A stretch of 64,000 bases of DNA from Nemertoderma westbladi. Lineage: Eukaryota > Animalia > Xenacoelomorpha. A model generated the notes under the pieces. It searched no databases. It was not told the origin of the DNA and saw nothing but the letters and a program-made list of their open reading frames with translations. Shown piece by piece: positions 60,316-64,000 of this stretch. Made by a program: the position numbers and the translations under genes. Numbering within the stretch: the first letter of the stretch is position 1; every line of letters begins with the position of its first letter. The stretch spans positions 1 to 64,000 of the forward strand of contig JAUCBJ010003673.1 of NCBI GenBank assembly GCA_032718475.1. The letters run 5' to 3'.

Positions 60316-62178
60316 GCGCTCTGAACCAAGGTGGAACAAGTGTCAGATACCGTCAGATCAGATCAGATCAGATAAGGACAGACGTTTTAGCCATCCTACA
60401 GCCATAGGCGATAGGCATGCTAAGCTCTGATGCTGCTACCGGACGCCAGTACTGCAGTATGCAGTACGCTGTGTACACTGTACAGTGTACACACTACATA
60501 CTGACATATAGTACTGTAATAGACAAGTAGCGCAGTTTGGAATAATGGTTAATAAAGTTAATTACAATTTATTTATTATCAGATGAGTGCAGGTGCAGCG
60601 AGCTGTTAATCCCCCCCCCCCCCCCCCCTGGGTTTGGGTTATTGATTAGCCAATACTGCAATAGGAAGCAGGAAGAAGGTATTGGGAGGTGATTATATCA
60701 GCTTGCTGTCTTGCACTGATAGATTTCCAGTGATTGATTAAATAATGTCTGTTGAGCAATATTAAGAGGAAAGTAAATGGTTGTTGAGCATATATCATCT
60801 ATACAGTAGATTACGTAGTTTACACAAATTATTTTTCTATTTGTGTTGACTTAATTTCGCACTAATATCGCGCAGTGCCACATATTTACAAACTTTCTTA
60901 CTTAATATTTAGTATGTCACTACGCCATGCATTTGCGATTATATCCAGTATGTCTATGTCACCACGACAAATCTAAATAAAATTAATATAACAACTTTTT
61001 GGAGCCCCCTCCCCCTATTGTTTTCAATTTTCAATTTTATTTCAATCATATGCTACGAAATTTGGTGGTGTGATGATAGTTCGATACCTTTTCGTATTGC
61101 TTGGCTGGTCCGATTTTTCAGTTTACAAGGTATTTAGCTACAAGCCTTTATGTATTTAGCAATATTTAACCACCTCTGTCGGCTTGATTCTTCGAATTTG
61201 GAATTTAGAACCACTTTCGTCTGGAGATTCCGATTCTGAAAACAGTTTTCAATTTCACAAATAACTTTCGGAGATATTGTCATGGCCATCTATAGTACTA
61301 TAGTATGCAACAATAAAAGCTGCGGAGCAATTTTATAAAATTTTTGCTACCGAAGATAGTTCTTTACATTTTAGTCCTGTCAAAAAGGGGGAATAACCCG
61401 AAATTAATCGGAATTGGCATGGATTTCACATAGCAACAAGGTGGTTCTTTTGTTTGGTTAGTGTAGCAAATTTAGGTAGAATTTCTATGAATAAATATAT
61501 GATCCGCAAAATAAATTTTTATAGACTTTTTGGGCATTTAAAAGGTAATATATAATGTAAAAAATGTGTTTCGGATTGATTGGTAATTACTTTTGGGTTT
61601 TATGCTAGATTGACTCGACTAGTTTACAAATTTCGCAAACCATATATTTTAATTTTCATGAAAAGTTGTAAGATCCCTAGAAGAGATAGAACATTTAAAT
61701 TTTCTTCAAGTCATTTTGTTAAATAGCATATTTTTGTATTCAGGGCAAGTTTATCGAAACATGTAGAGCGTATTTATGTGGAACGATAATCCATTTGATT
61801 TAGATCCCGTAAAGCCAAAATTTATTTAAATCGTTAAGGTGCTGATAATAATAACAGTTTTATACAGGTTTTCAGGGTCGCTGAAACGAAACGAATCACT
61901 TTGAAAATATCTACATTCTACAGGGGTGTGACGTAATACTGGAGCTATTATTTTTATGGTGACACATTGTGGAAATGGTTGAGAGGCGTTTTGGCGCTGA
62001 AGAATTGAATATGAACTTTGAAATTTACATTAGTAATAAAACATTGTATATAATGTTGACATAAAAGTCCTTTTAGGTTTTGAGGCAATATTCTGAATCA
62101 GTTCATAAAATCACAACGATGTCAAAATGTTTAAACGATCATCGTTAATAAAGTTTAATTAATTAAATAACCGTTTTT

Positions 62179-63225
62179 CTATTTAGTTTTATTCCGTTTA
62201 GATCCGGGTACAGGGGGACGGGCGAGAGTAAAGGGGCCGGAGCTTTGGGGGGGAGAAAAAGCAACGTTGGGAGCACCGAGGGAGGGGAGCGCAGAGAGGG
62301 GAGCTGCTCGAGGGGCAGTGGGGGGAATCATGGAGGGGGCGGCGCCGTGGAGGGTGTAGGGGGCCGGGAGGAAGGTGCGGTCGACGGGTTGGGGGGCGGT
62401 GTCCAGGGTGGTTGGGAACGGTGTCGGACCCACCTGGGGGTTGGGGAGTCGCGGTCGACTCACCCGGGACTCGCCGGTGAAACAATCCCGCCCGTCCCGG
62501 TAAACGCGTCGACGGAAGTCCCGGTAGGCGTCCCGCACGCCGTCCGCTGATTGGTGGGTCTCTTGGAGTCTACTCGCCGTCGCCAGGAAGCTCGCGTGGA
62601 GTTTCCGCATGGCGACGGCCAGATCGTCCGGCCGCATCTCGTGGTTCGAATCCCCGGTGCCCAGATGCTTCTCGAGCACGGCGACTTGCCGGGAATATTC
62701 TTCGACTTTCTGCTCGAACTGCTGCAGCAAGGCGGCGAAGTATTCCGCTGATTCCGGCACGTCCCGGGAGTGGGAACACAACTCGGCGTAGCGGAGCTCC
62801 GAAAGGAGACGATTCCGCGCCGAAGTAACCGCGAGTTTATTCCGTTGTATAAGCGTGCCGAGTCCGACCAGCTGTTGCCGCAATGCGTCGCATTCGCCGC
62901 TGACGCTGTTTAACTCTTTACGCGAGGAGCGTCGCAAGTCGTCGCAGTTCGATTTCTGCTGTTTAATAAAGCCGTTAGTTTCGTTCACAACTGCGAGAAG
63001 TTCTGCCGGTACGGCTGTGTCCTTCACCGCTGGCGCAGCTGTGCCGGACTGACTGCTACCGGTGCCGGAAGTTGTCGCAGCAACGTCGGTTCCGCCCAGA
63101 CCCCGGAACGCTGTTGGTTGTTGCTGAGCAACCGATGTGGATAAGTTGATGGAAGTCGACGATGGTTGCTGGGATACAGAAGTTCCGAAGATTCCACTCG
63201 ATGGATTCACAAATGTTAGCGACAT
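62179..63225 (-). CDS. NUP58: Nucleoporin NUP58/NUPL1-like, short and FG-poor
   Basis: GLGG...VKDTAVPAELLAVV...FIKQQK, EYFAALLQQFEQKVEEY, MRKLHASFLATASRLQETH and C-terminal FTLARPPVPGSKRNK resemble metazoan Nup58. Confidence 0.8.
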   Translation of the reverse strand: MSLTFVNPSSGIFGTSVSQQPSSTSINLSTSVAQQQPTAFRGLGGTDVAATTSGTGSSQSGTAAPAVKDTAVPAELLAVVNETNGFIKQQKSNCDDLRRSSRKELNSVSGECDALRQQLVGLGTLIQRNKLAVTSARNRLLSELRYAELCSHSRDVPESAEYFAALLQQFEQKVEEYSRQVAVLEKHLGTGDSNHEMRPDDLAVAMRKLHASFLATASRLQETHQSADGVRDAYRDFRRRVYRDGRDCFTGESRVSRPRLPNPQVGPTPFPTTLDTAPQPVDRTFLPAPYTLHGAAPSMIPPTAPRAAPLSALPSLGAPNVAFSPPQSSGPFTLARPPVPGSKRNKTK

Positions 63226-63294
63226 ATTTCAGTATTTATACAGTTAAGTTCAGAAGTTAGGCTATATACAGATATATCTGATATCACGTACCGG

Positions 63295-63792
63295 CCAGGC
63301 TGCAAACCACCACTGAACGTGAACCGCGCACAACGCCTGCGCACAATTTTTCAGCCGCGCAATATGTGAATATTGGACAATATACCGCACATGCACCGAA
63401 AAAAACGCGCACACCCCATTTAAAAAAAAAAAAGTAAAAACATACACGAGCGAAGCGAGCAAAATTTTTTCAGTAACAATGCTGCAATGCAAAATGAAAA
63501 AGAAACTCGAGTAAAACTCATGAAGTGAATGAAATTTAGACATTTGAGCAATCTGACAATGCAAAATGAAAAGAAACGCGAGCGAAGCGAGCGAAATTTT
63601 TTGTGGCAAATTATTTTTCTCACTTTGCATGCATGTGAACTTTTTTACACCTCATCCGCCTGTCCGCGCACTTTATATGTTATACTTTTGATATTTTGCA
63701 CATATTACTGCGCACTTTTATTGTCTCTCACATACTGACAGTCAAATACGCGCACAACGCGTTGCGATTTTTGCACTTCATTTGCAGCCTGG
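63295..63792. mobile_element. hAT-type MITE
   Basis: TIRs CCAGGCTGCAAA and TTTGCAGCCTGG, with an 8-bp TSD CGTACCGG (63287-63294 and 63793-63800). Confidence 0.85.
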
Positions 63793-64000
63793 CGTACCGG
63801 TATCCTGTATCAGCAGGCAGGCAGGCCTATGCTAGGCTAGAGTCTACACGAATGTACCGAGAAAAGTAAGACTAGAGAACCTGTGTTGGTCTGCAGTCTG
63901 TTGGTAACCACGCAATAACATAATAATTTGCACTCCAGCCTACCGCAGAGCTGTATGATAATATTTATGAATAGTACATTTTCATTGGACACTTAGGTAA

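Larger units (their letters stand above)
56485..60396. mobile_element. Non-autonomous TIR transposon, Mutator-like, with nested insertions
   Basis: TIRs GGA...TAAAACGTCTGTCCTTATCTGATCTGATCTGATCTGAC at both ends, with a 10-bp TSD TACAGCCATA (56475-56484 and 60397-60406). Confidence 0.82.

Overview
AT-rich metazoan (invertebrate-type) genomic DNA. It holds five host genes, each a single uninterrupted ORF: an ARHGEF10/17-like RhoGEF, FAM8A1, a TSSK-like kinase, a B-type lamin and an FG-poor NUP58. Between them lie three satellite arrays (32, 16 and 31 bp units), tRNA-derived SINEs, hAT/MULE/Harbinger-type non-autonomous transposons and a 2.2 kb solo LTR. The centre (31.0-50.7 kb) is a three-level nest: a LINE, interrupted by an RTE-like LINE, interrupted by a 16.2 kb BEL/Pao LTR element. 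The BEL element is the best candidate for a novel system. It keeps gag, protease and an intact integrase, but a low-complexity repeat sits where RT/RNase H should be. An open 1277-codon ORF in the env position encodes a WRN/EXD2-like 3'-5' exonuclease domain and three zinc knuckles. Its LTRs carry a tRNA-like Pol III cassette, and eight copies of a 20-nt hairpin motif are conserved across different reading frames and UTRs. All calls were made by eye from motifs; no database searches were run.
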